From: Mobula hypostoma
Lineage: Eukaryota
Reading direction: 5' to 3'
Assembly: GCF_963921235.1 (NCBI RefSeq)
Contig: NC_086097.1
Span: 140,432,001 to 140,496,000 of the forward strand
Length of the DNA: 64,000 bases
Below are positions 26,988 to 38,874 of this stretch, piece by piece. Each line of letters opens with the position of its first letter. Position 1 is the first letter of the stretch. The notes under the pieces were generated by a model, which searched no databases, was not told where the DNA came from, and worked only from the letters and a program-made list of their open reading frames with translations. Position numbers and translations under genes: made by a program.

Positions 26988-27595
26988 CTGTTTTTTTTTT
27001 AAAAAAAAGGAAAATAATGTTCATTATGGTTCATTATTTTAAATCCCAATGTTAGCAACCAGTACTTTAATAAGCAACAATAGTACACTATCTATAAAAT
27101 ACAAAACAATCCATCCATGCAAAATAATTATGGGCTCGGGTCTTACACCAATGTACACCTCAAAAGCATAGGGTACACAGAACTAACATGAACCTGATAT
27201 ACTATCGCTTACATCGCATGCTCACATCCCTCTTTCTAAGATGCTTGTTCATCTTTTCTGGTACAAACAGATGTCCTATTTATGACAATAAATTTTAATA
27301 CCAATTTTCTTTGGCTTATTTTTAAATGCCACACACGATGGAGCCTTCAAGTGAGAAATTAGACAGGTAGGATCTACTTGTCCTTAATTAAGTAGTAAAG
27401 ATGTTGTCTTTCTTCACCAGCTGCTGAACAAAAATTCAACCACAAAGCACTTTAAACATCCATGGGAAATTGCAGTTTATAATTCACGTGTTAACAATGG
27501 ATTTTTGTTTTCACTACCCATCACATAACATGGCCAGTCGGTTCCTCAACTGGTTAAAAGAAATATTATGACAAATATTTATTAGTTGCACCTAC

Positions 27596-27672
27596 AGAAG
27601 CTGCATCCAGACTGGGGGAGACGACAACAGTCACGTTCAAATCATCATTGCTTTCCATTTTAGGCAGAATAT
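27596..27672 (-). CDS. BBS9: BBS9 internal coding exon (77 nt)
   Basis: ttcattag|ATATTCTG...GCTTCT|gtaggt. Encodes DILPKMESNDDLNVTVVVSPSLDAAS (recalled human EDDLNVSVVVSP). Phases fit both neighbours. Confidence 0.92.
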
Positions 27673-28379
27673 CTAATGAATAAAAGGTACAATTTTGATT
27701 AAGATGTGGAAAACTAATATTTAACAATGAAATTTAATCACATTACCAGAGATGAAGCTAATTTTCTTTCATCCAGAGTAAAAAGGGCTGATGAATCTAA
27801 TCAGTCACATCACTTCATGGTGAAAAATACAAATGTTATCATTATGTGTAAAAATGGACCAGAACTGGGAGTCAGGACATCCACTACTGTCTAAAGAGAA
27901 GAAAGTTGATGAACTGTGCATTTAAACGTGACTTAGGAAAACTACTCCAGAAATGATATTTTGCCATATGCTCTTAGAAAGGACAAAATAAATTGCCTAA
28001 TTCATGTTTTTAAATTCATCCACAAAAATTGAAAAACAGATGTAACCAGCAGGGCTGGTATTTCTATCTTATCCTTATGGTCCTTGAACTGACAGGCTTG
28101 TTACACTATTTCAGGAGACAATTAATTGCTGAGATCTGGGGTTACACATATGCCAGACTGGGTGAGAAATGCAGATTTACTTCTTTCCAGCAAAATGATC
28201 CAGGATTCTGATTCTGATTCCAATTCTGATTCTACAAACATATTTCAAATCATAACTTAATAACTTTTAACTTCCAGAAATGAAGGTTCATGGAAGTTAC
28301 AGCCATTTGCAAAAACACTGTAATTCGTGATTTGGATTAGCCATATATGACCACTGCTCTGCTTTTGCTTTTCCCTCAT

Positions 28380-29933
28380 TTTGCCTCTGACTCTCCTACC
28401 TCTTCTGGCAGCAACTTCCAGATATCAACCACTTGCTGTTAAAAAATAATTACCCTTCAGGCCCCTTTTAAAATTCCTCCTTCTCATCTTAAATTTAGGC
28501 CTTCTTATTTTTGATATCAAAGTTCAGAGTAAATTTTATTATCAAACTACATATATGATACCATATGTAACCTTAAGATGCATTTACTTGTGCACATACT
28601 CAATAAATCTATAGAATAATAACCATAATAGAATCAATGAAAGACCATCCAACTACGGTGTTCAACCAGAGAGCAGAAGAGAACAAACTGTGCAAATACA
28701 AAAATAAAATAAAATAAATAAACAATAAATATGGAGAACATGAGATGAATAATTCTTGAAAGTGAGTCCATTGGTTATGGACTCACAACCATGTCGCTAT
28801 CATATTGCTACTATGGGAAAGAGATTCTGACCATATGCCCTACTTGTGCCTTTGTAATTTTACTAATGCCTGTCAAGTCACCTAGCAGCTTCCTTCACTG
28901 CAGGAAAACCAAGCCCCTTTTCCAATTTCTCCCTTTAACCAAGATCTTCTAATCTTGGCAACAATTTTATGATTCCCCTTTGAACTCTCTCCAACACAAC
29001 CACAGCCTTCTTATAGTGCGATGACCAGAAATGTACATAATACTCCGTGTGGTCTAACCAGTGATCCATAAAGATGAAATATAACATCCCAATATTTCTA
29101 TTCTGTGCTCTGACCAATGAAGACCAGCATGCCATATGCTTCCTTCACTATTCTATCGACCCACATTGACACTTTCAAAGAATTATGTCCTTGAAACAGA
29201 AAGTCCCTCTTTTCAATAAACACTCATTTGTGCCTACCATTTACTAGTATGAGCCCCATCCCTTTTTGGCATTCCAAGATGCATCATGTTGCACTTGTTG
29301 AGATTAATTCCATTCACCAACACACTACTCAACTTTCCATCTGATCTATGTCTTGCTGTACTCTTAGAAATCCTCATTACTCATAACACTACCAAATGTC
29401 ATGTCAAGCACAATGATTCATACCTCCTACATTCATACCAAAGTCATTGATATACATTGTAAGAGTTCCAGCACTAATTCCTGCATTGCACTTCGGGTCA
29501 CACAGACCTCCAATCAGAAAAGGATCCTTCCCTCACTATCCTCTAGTCATATCACCAAGTCAATTTTGGATCCAATTGGCCAGTTCATCTTGGATCCTAT
29601 GTGCCTAATCTTTTGAACCAGCCGACGATCTAGGACCTTGTTGAGTACTTTATTAAAGTCAATATAGACAATGTCTAATACCCTATCTTCATCAATCTTC
29701 TTAGTCTGTGCCTCAAAAATTCAACCAATTTTTAAGGCAGGATTTCACTGATCAGCCCTTGCTATCCACATTCTAAATGTAAATACATCTTGTTCTTTGG
29801 GATTTTCTTTGATAATGTTCTGAAAGTTGATACAAAGATCATTGGCCTGAGTCCTGATGAAGGGTCTCAGCCCAAAACATAGACTGTTTATGCTTTTCCA
29901 TAGATGCTGTCTGGCCTGCTGAGTTCCTCCAAC

Positions 29934-29967
<34 letters not shown>

Positions 29968-30200
29968 GCTTTGGCCTGAAATTACTGGTATGTACCTGCT
30001 GCCCTTCTGGCACCTCACCTGTAGCTAACAACAATGCAAAAATCTCTATCAGGGCCCTAGTTATCTCATCTTTTACCAAGGATAGCTCTCATCTGGATCT
30101 GGGGATGTATCAGCTCTTATGTGTTCTGTGAGAACTAACTGTTCTGCCTCCTTAATATTGACTTGCTTCAGATTAACCATGCACCTCTCCCTGAACTCAT
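28380..30200 (-). mobile_element. Decayed CR1 with nested inserts (~28520-28790 retroposon end; 29851-29970 Penelope repeat)
   Basis: HTEYYVHFWSSHYKKAVVVLERVQR; ITRALIEIFALLLATGEVPEG. Confidence 0.75.
29851..29970 (+). mobile_element. 120-bp Penelope-derived insert starting at a hammerhead motif, with internal (GT)n
   Basis: 9-bp TSD ttggcctga (29842-29850, 29971-29979). Sequence gtc-CTGATGA-agggtctcagccc-AAAA-cat-a-gact has the core G12 mutated to A. Confidence 0.8.
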
Positions 30201-30224
30201 TATCTTCTACCTCTTCAGTGGAAG

Positions 30225-31380
30225 ATCATGACTTATGAACTTGATTAAACAGTCAAAGAAATCACCAAAAAGGTCAATGAGGGCAGAGTGATAGAAGTGG
30301 CCTATATGGACTTCATTAAGACTTATGTATGGTAGGCTGCAATGGAAAGTTAGATCATAGGGGATCCAGGGAGAGCTAGCTCACTGGATATGCAATTGGA
30401 TTGATATTGGGAAGTAGATGGTGGAAGGTTGTTTTTCTGATTGGAGGACTGTGATTAGTGATGTCCCTCAGGCACTGGTGCTGGGCTAACTGCTATTTGT
30501 CATTTATATCAATGACTTTGATGATAATGTACAAGCAATATTTAGAATGTTTGCAGATGACATTAAAAGGTGTGGCTTCTGAGACAGTGAAGATGTTTCT
30601 CAAGACAGGGATCTTACAGAGAAAGTTATAAAGTGAAGTGCAGACAGACAATGAGGTTCAAAGCTATGTTCAAAATAAATTGCAAGAGTTCATCTTATTG
30701 TACAATGAGACTGTTCAATAGTCTCATAACAACAGGATGAAAACTGCTCGAGCTTGGTGGTGCAAGTTTTCAGGCTTTTGTATCATCTGCATTATAAGAA
30801 GAGGGAGAAGAGAGAATGTCCTCTGAATACGTTGGCTGCTTTACTGAGGCAGTGAGTCCATGGAGAAGAGTTGCTTCGTCCACAACTATTTGCAGTTTCT
30901 TGTGGTCCCTGACAGAGCTGTAATGTATATGAATGGGATGCTTTCTATGGTGCATGGATAAAAGTTGGTGAAGAACAAAGGGGATATGCCAAATTTCTTC
31001 AATATCCTGAGGAAGTAGAGATGCTAGTGTGATTTCTTAGCTACGTGGTTAGACCAGTACAGGGTATTGGTGATCTTAATCTAAGGAACTTGAAACTCTC
31101 AATCCTTTCGGCCTCAGCACTATTAATTTAAAAAAGTGAGGGGGAGAGCTTCAATCAGAATGTGAAAGGCTACTTTTCACTCAAAGAGTGGTCAGTATAT
31201 GAAATGACTGCCAAAGGAAGTGAACAAGGAGATACATTAACAACATTTAAAATGAACTTGGACAGGTACAAGGACAGAAAAGGTTTAGAGCGGATGTGGA
31301 TGAAGCATGGGCAAATGGGAATCCTAGTCATCACGGACCAAGTGGACTGAAGAGCCTGTTTCCATGCTGTGTGCCTCTAT
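30225..31380 (+). mobile_element. CR1 RT/3' fragments with a nested minus-strand Rex1-like piece (~30615-31125)
   Basis: YMDF, VPQ..VLG..LFVIYIND and FADD-type remnants at 30300-30570; CR1 3' end at 31130-31380. Confidence 0.65.
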
Positions 31381-34289
31381 ACAGGTCTAACACTGGGGGA
31401 AAATAAACAGCCAAGACTGATGAAAGAGGTAAAGCGTGACAAAACTACAAAACAAAAGACTAGCACACATCTTGGTAAAGGGTAGATATACACAGACCAT
31501 CAAAAATTGAAGAGCTACAAAAATAGAGTTCAGACTTTTTGGCTCAATAACACACTTTTTACAATTATATTTTAGGAAAGAGTTCAAGAACAATGTGGGG
31601 CCCATAAAAATGAAAAAGGTAAATGAAAATAAGGAAATTATCAACACTAAGCACCAGAATGCAATAGCATTCTACATACACAGAGTAAAAAAAAATTGAA
31701 TTAGTGGTAAGTACTCACCAGAATCACCATGTAAATAATGTTAATTAAGAAAATAAAAGCACTAAAGAGGAATAATTCTGCATGGCGACACAGCTTCCAT
31801 TCCAATGATTAAAAGGATTAAATGAGAATACGATGGAGGCCCATGTTATATTCTGGCAAAGTTCTCTCAATAAAAGAATCATGTCTTTAGGTTAAAAAGT
31901 TATTTATGTCACTTTGCTTTTTAGGAAAGGTGGAAGGGCAGATCAAGAAATACTAGACCAAGTAGCTTATACCTGTTGTCAGGGAACTACTATGTAAAGA
32001 CAAAACATTTTGAAAAATTAGTTCTTCAGACAGAGATAGCACTGATTTGCAGTTCATGCCTGGTAAGCCTGAATGAACACTTTGAAGAGATGACTGTAGC
32101 AGTGTACTAGGTTGTTACTGATAGGAACTACCAGAGAGAATTTGATTGTTTTCCTCTTAAAAAGACCGCCAGCTAAAGCATTTATCTAAAAGCAAATTAT
32201 TGACTTGGTTTAGAAAAGTAGCTAAGTGGCAAGGGACAGAGATGAGAGGTAATGGAAAGGTCATCATATTGGCAGGATATGCATTGGAAACACAGTTAGT
32301 TACAATTGATGATTAAAAAGCCATATGGCTAAGTTTCCCAATTACATAACAATGGGTGATAACACAAGCTACCCAAGATGGAAGTATTTATCTTTTATCA
32401 CCTTTCAGTGTTTTAAGTAAATGTTCCCAGCTATAATTTCAGCATTAGCAAATGTAAGGCTTCTACATTAGAGTCAAAATGGCTAGAGACTTTCCTAAAT
32501 GGTGAAAATTTCTAACGAATGGAAATCCAAAGATACTTTTGGTGAGGAAACAACATCAGAATCTATCATTTGTGGCTGACATCATGCCTCATCAATTATG
32601 TGTGCTTCCTGTATGGCCATTGCATCCCACAAATCCTTGCATGTCCAAACATTTATTGCTCTTAGTCTGAAATGTACCCATAACCTATGAGAACAGAATT
32701 CCAATGATTTATAACAATCAGAAATTTCTCTCAACCTAGTCCAAAATGGTTGACCTCCTTGATGAGTGACTAACTTATCTCTAAATTCTTCAGCTAGAAG
32801 ATACAGCTCTTTAGCTTCAATCTCAGCCGAAGTCTCAGTATCAAAACTCAACTAAATTCTCCTCCCTACTGAATTCAACTGGTTAAAAAAAAGCAAAACA
32901 ACTTGAATATCTCCTTATAGAACAACTTTTTACCCCCCAGGAATTGTCCAAGTTTATCTATGCTGCATTGACTCCAAATGAATATCATAAATGATTGTAC
33001 CAGGCTATTCACTCTCTCCTTATTTCCCAATATAATTTCACTTATGTCAATGTGTAAGGACCCAAATGAACTTCAGCCACGTTTTCAGTTTCACACCTCC
33101 ATTAAATATTTTAGTCTGTTGTTATGCTTCTTGCTAGATTTTCCTTTACTTTAGCAACATCTTGATCATTCTTCACTGAATTTTGAAATATTCCCATCTC
33201 TCAGCTTTCTGCCCTTTTCCACAAGGCTTATCCTTTAATCTGTACGCTCTTCAATTTTATTTGCTAGTCATAGTTGGACTATGACTACCTGTTGGGATTT
33301 TCTCCCTTAAAGGGATATGGACTGTTGTAGCTATGCATTAGTTCTTTAAACATTAGCCATTGCATGCTTACTGTCACACTTAGTGTAGTCACCCAATGTG
33401 CTATAGCCAATTCATGCCTCATAACTTTGTAGGTTGTTTTGTTTAGATTTAAATCTGATTTCCAATTGAATTAGTTCACATTTAATCTTTACCTAACAGG
33501 AGTTCACTGTCATGTTTGTATACATTGTTGCATTGACAGAATCAAGTTATTTTTACATCTATTTCGGTGCATGCAGTATTATCAACTTGTCATTTAACTT
33601 TCTACACTCACTCACTGGATCTTTCCCGTCCCTTCTCACGAGTGGTCCCACCAAAGTCCTGGTGCCAGTTCAGCATGACTTCCTTATGTTTGTCTACACG
33701 CCACAATTCCTTTTCCCTTCCTAATTGCTGGTGGTACCTACATGGAATCATTATAAAGCAAAGGCCATTTAGTCCACCTGCTTTCCACACAGCAGTCCAT
33801 TCACTCCTATTCTCTTACTCTTTACCTTTATAAATTATTTTCCTTGGGCCTACTGAATGCCTTATTTATTGTTTGCACTACCCTTTCAAGCTATCCATCC
33901 AAATCATCATCACTGTTTAATAAAGGTTTTCCTCCTTTGCCTTTTGTGTTCCCCCCCCACCTTTACTTTAAATTTATCCTCAGTTATTGAACCATCTGCA
34001 AAATAAGAACAAATTTAACTTCGTTTACAATCCACCAAATCTCTTTCGATATTCCCTATCCACAGAGAACTACAACTCCTCCAGCCTAACCCTGCAATTT
34101 AAATCCCTCACACAGCACCCCAATCTTCTACATCCTGTCCAAGACCTTCGTTTCCTTCATAGATTGTGTTGTTTTACAAAGACCCAACTTACCTCTGTTT
34201 ATGAAGACCAGAATTCCATAGGTTTTATTAATTTTGTTCTTAGAGGATTTACGCACATAAGCACAACACCTCCAAGTTTCGTATCACAT

Positions 34290-35520
34290 AGAACAAAGAA
34301 CAGAATAGTGCAGTACAGGAATTGGCACACTGGTGCACCATGTTCATGTCAACCGTGATGCTAAAATTAAACTAATCCTATCTGCTTGCACATGATCCAT
34401 ATCCTTCCATTCCCTGCATATTCAAGTGCCTGTCTAGATGCCTCTTAAACATCACTTCTGTACCCATTTCCACATCGCTCCTAGAGATATTCCTGTCACT
34501 TACCACCTTCTATGTATAAAAAAATTTGCTTCACACATCTGCTTTAAACTTTCCCCATCTCACCTGAAACCTATGCCCTCTGTCATTTGACATCTCCATC
34601 CTGTGAAAAAGACTCTTGACTAGGTGCCCTGTCCATGACTCTCATAATTGTATACAGTACTCTTCTATCAACTCTCCCCTCAGCCTCTGACACTCTAGAA
34701 AAAACAATCCAAGTTTGTCCAATTTATCCTTAAAGCTAATAATCACTAATCTAGGCAACATCTTGGTGAATTTCTTCTACATCCTCTCCAAAGCCTCATC
34801 CGTTCCGTAATGTGGCAGCCAGAACTGCACTCAAATATGTTTAGATGCACGAGGCACCTTTTATTTAGAAGTCAGAAGATTCTTCATCAGTGACTCTAAG
34901 GATTTGCCATTTACTGTATACTTTCCTCTTACTTTTGAGCTCCCACAGAGTTCCAGTCAGAATGCACCCATAATTACTACCCTTTGTATTCCACGACAAA
35001 GCAAATTGTCAAATCTAAAGTTGTCTGCAAATCTTCACATTTTATTTTGCACATCCATATACAGTTCCTTTATTTAAAAATACAGTGATGATCCCTGTAG
35101 AACACAACTGCCTACCATCCTGAGTAACAACTATTTCCTACAGCTTACTGCTTTGGTTGAGAGACTATCTTTTTCTGCTGTGTCACTGACCTCTTTATTC
35201 CACAACCCACAGATTTGCCTACCAGTTTTTCCATGCAAATTGAAAGCCTGTGTCACAGAGGTCAGAGCTGGGTCCCCTGTTGTTAGTTATCTTTAATTAA
35301 TGATTTGGATAACAATGCTGTTGATGTGGTAAGTTGAAGATGACACAAAAATTGGTGGTGCTGTGGACAGTGGAGAAGACTGTCTAAGGTTACAATAGGG
35401 TCTAGAACAACTAGGGAATTAAGCCAAAAAATGATAGATGAAATTCAACTCTGACAAGTACAAGGTGTTGCATTTTCATGAGTTAAAGCAGGACTTAAGT
35501 AATAAATGGCAGGGTCCCTG
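34290..35520. mobile_element. CR1 fragments (minus ~34290-34940, plus ~35270-35520)
   Basis: CR1-type 3' end at 34290; DDTKIGG / DKYKVLHF remnants at 35340-35480. Confidence 0.6.
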
Positions 35521-36528
35521 TTCTGTGTTCTATCCTAGTACACATATTTCAAAAAACTTGTGACATTTGTCAAACTTGATCCTTCATGAAACCCTGAAGA
35601 CTTTGCCTAATCACATTAAGGCTCTTTAAGTGCTTAATGGATTCTAGTATTTTGCAAAAGATGTACATACAGCACTGTATTTATTCTGTTTTCATAAATA
35701 ATAGTGATATTGTACATTGACACCTTACATTGTGCTAGGATTATTTCAGAACTTTGGAAAACTGTCTATGAACAGGAGGGACAGAAAATCATGAAACTGA
35801 ATGAAATGATAACTATAGGATTATAATGCAGCTACGGCTAGATCTATTCTGGGAGTAATTGTGGGCACTGCACTCAAATAGAAAGAGCAGAAACATATTG
35901 GGGCTTAAAATCTGGAACCAGTATGTCAATTATAAAGAGATTCCAATAAAGAACTAGGGTTAAAAAGGTATAGATTTTAGGAGGTAGAAATTTCAAAGAT
36001 ATTAAAGGAGCTGAATAAGAGAGATGGTGAGATTAGGAGGTGGTTGCGAGTGGTGGGGAATGGGGGCAGAGGCATAGTAGGATAGGGTGGGGGTAGTGGT
36101 CATAGTCTTTCAGAGGCAGGATTAGCTAGGTAATATTTCCACATGCAGAGGGTGATAGAACTTGGAGCTCTTCCAAAATATGGTACTTAATGTTTGGTTA
36201 GCTGTTTTTAAAAACAGATTTTTATTCATTAAAAGAGAAAAAGCAAAAGTAAATGAAATGAGAATCCCAATCAACTGTGATCTTAATAGATAGTGCAATA
36301 GATCAAGGGACTGCACACGCTTCTCATCTTCCTACATACTTAGAGCCCCATCAGAAATATCGTACTTGCATCTACTCTATCAAAACATGAGGATTTTTTG
36401 CAATAAAACAGTATTTTATGGTAAAGGTACAGTCACAATGCTGTTTCTGCCTTTTAAAGGAGACTAATATGCTTAGAGAGGAGTTCACACATTTGCAGAC
36501 TCTGGGTTTCTCTCCATCAATAAAGTAC

Positions 36529-36710
36529 CTTGTGTTTTTGTAGCTTCCCTGATGACCTTGTTAAGTTCTTTCATTTCTGAATCCATTTCATCATAGTTCA
36601 GTTCCCTAGACTCTACTTTTGGAGCCTGGAAGAAGGAAGGATCCGTCCCAAGGTATGAACACTGTAAGTGGCCACTGTCGCTTAAAGTCACAACCACTCC
36701 TTTCAAATGT
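36529..36710 (-). CDS. BBS9: BBS9 internal coding exon (182 nt)
   Basis: acatgcag|ACATTTG...ACACAAG|gtactt. Encodes HLKGVVVTLSDSGHLQCSYLGTDPSFFQAPKVESRELNYDEMDSEMKELNKVIREATKTQ, with the hallmark BBS9 SYLGTDP motif. Confidence 0.97.
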
Positions 36711-37440
36711 CTGCATGTGAAAAAGATTAAAACATTCACATAAGGCTTTATACAGACAAGGTATTCAATATTATAAAATTGTTCTATTTGCTCCATTTAG
36801 ACACCACGGTCAAGAAAGCACACAGCACCTCTATTCCTCAGAAGACCAAGGAAATGCAGTATGTCCTTGTTGATCCTCACAACTTTTTATAGGTAAACCA
36901 TAGAAAATTCCTATCCAGATGTCTCATAGCTATCATGGTAACTGGTCTTCACAAGATCTTGGAGAATTGAGAGTGGTGAGTCCATCACAAAAGCTAGCTA
37001 TTGACTCTGACTACTTTTGCTGCCTCGGGAAAGCAGCCAACATAATCAAAGACACCTCTCACCCTGGTCATTCTCTCTTCTCCCTCACCTTCTATCAGAT
37101 AGAAGATATACCACCAGATTCAAGGACAGCTTCTATCCAGCTCTTGCAAGACTCTAAAGCAAACCTCTACTACAAATAAAGATGATCTTTTGATCTCTCA
37201 ATCTATTTTGTCACGGCTCTTGCAATTATTTTGACTACCCGCAACACTGTACTCTGTATTCTGTTATTTTTTTTGTACTAGCTTGATGCAGTTATGTACG
37301 AAATTAATGATCTTTCTGGATGGCACACCAAAAAAATCATTTCAGTACATGTGCCAATAATAAACCAATTATCAATTTAAAAAGGAAGACATGCAAATAG
37401 AGCAACAATACAAATGCTAAATTAATTTGAAGTATAAATT

Positions 37441-38170
37441 AAATGTGCTGGAACAGCTTTTGGACATCTCCGAACAAGAGTCTTTCATGATTGTGACATC
37501 CGAACTGACACCAAAATGTTAGTGTACAAAGCAATGGTAATCCCAATGCTCCCGTATGCATCAGAAACCTGGACAACATACCGACGATATCTGAAGGCAG
37601 TTGAAAAGTTCCATCAACACCGTCTTCAAAACATCTTAAATATCAGCTGGGAAGATAGAAGAACCAACGTCAGTGTGCTAAATGAAGCAAAAGCAACAAG
37701 CATTGAAGCCTACGTCATCAGGAACCAACTAAGATGGAGCGGTCATGTTGTTCGGATGAAAGACGAACGTCTGCCAAAACAAATCTTCTATTCCCAGCTT
37801 AAAGAAGGCAAACGTAAAAGAGGTGGACAACAGAAGAGGTTCAAAGACATTTTAAAAGCCAACATGAAGAAATGTAACATCGACATCATCAATTGGGAAA
37901 CCAATGCCAGGTACAGGAAACTCTGGCAAGCCATCATCCGAGAAGGAACAGCAACTTTCGAAGCCAACAGATGTGGGGAATAAGAAAAGAGAAGAAAATG
38001 GAAAGAGAGGCAGCAACAACCAAAGCCCGATCTGCCATCTGGACCTACCTGTACTGAATGCGGAAGAACTTTCAAAGGCAAGATTGGATTCATAAGCCAC
38101 TTGAGAGCCCATAAGTAGATCAACAGAACGAAGACCATCATCCTCGACCTCGAGGGATAGCCACGATGAT
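37441..38170 (+). mobile_element. RTE-clade LINE 3' fragment, well preserved
   Basis: YKAMVIPMLPYASETWT...QLRWSGHVVRM...RLPKQIFY...KRFKD. After one in-frame stop comes a C2H2 finger CTECGRTFKGKIGFISHLRAH. (GAT)n tail; possible TSD ataaatt (37434-40, 38169-75). Confidence 0.9.
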
Positions 38171-38189
38171 AAATTTCTTGGCTGCCATA

Positions 38190-38400
38190 TATACTGTTGC
38201 AAGAAAAGGTTTGTGAACCCTTTGCAATTACTTGGTTTTCTGCATTAATTACTAATAAAATGTGGTCTGCCCTTCATCCAAGTCAAAATAATAAATACAA
38301 TCTGTCTAAACTAATAACATGAACAATTGTACTTTACATGTCTTTATTGAACACATTGCTTAATCATTCACAGTCTAGGCTGGAAAAATTATCAGAACCC
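38190..38400 (+). mobile_element. Solo left IR/DR TIR of a Tc1-like element
   Basis: aggtttgtgaaccct outer motif shared with 18436-18450, and an inner repeat ggaaaaattatcagaaccc ~200 bp later. Confidence 0.65.
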
Positions 38401-38754
38401 TCATGCTGCCATTCTTTTCTTTCTTGGTTTCATAGCTATCTGGAGAAGAAGAATTTCAGAGTTGTATACTTTGAGAATAAGTGAACATTTGAACATTTGT
38501 ATTTGCAGTTCAAGATCCCTCTGCAGATCAGTGGAGAGTGGCGGGGATGTCCGCCTCTGGGTCTTGGAGAGCTGTGGGACCAACCCTTCATACCTAACCT
38601 GGTGGGCTTCAGGGGTCATGGCCAATGAATCTGCACCAGTGAGACCCAGTGCATACTTCATATTGCTATGAAGTAATTGTCTGGGACGTATACTGCAGTT
38701 CTCTTCAGAGATATGTTTCTGTGTGCATCCCATTCTCCACCCTAATTATAAACA

Positions 38755-38874
38755 CTAACTATAACCATATAACAATTACAGCACGGAAACAGGCCATCTC
38801 GGCCCTTCTAGTCCGTGCCGAACGCTTATTCTCACTTAGTCCCACCAACCTGCACTCAGCCCATAACCCTCCAT
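38755..38874 (-). mobile_element. Short CR1-type 3' end
   Basis: ataaccatataacaattacagcacggaaacaggcc... is near-identical to the segments embedded at ~60143 and ~60845. Confidence 0.7.

Noticed and set aside
36711..36796. N-terminal part of the 103-aa ORF
   Set aside because: Intronic read-through upstream of the acceptor at 36711.
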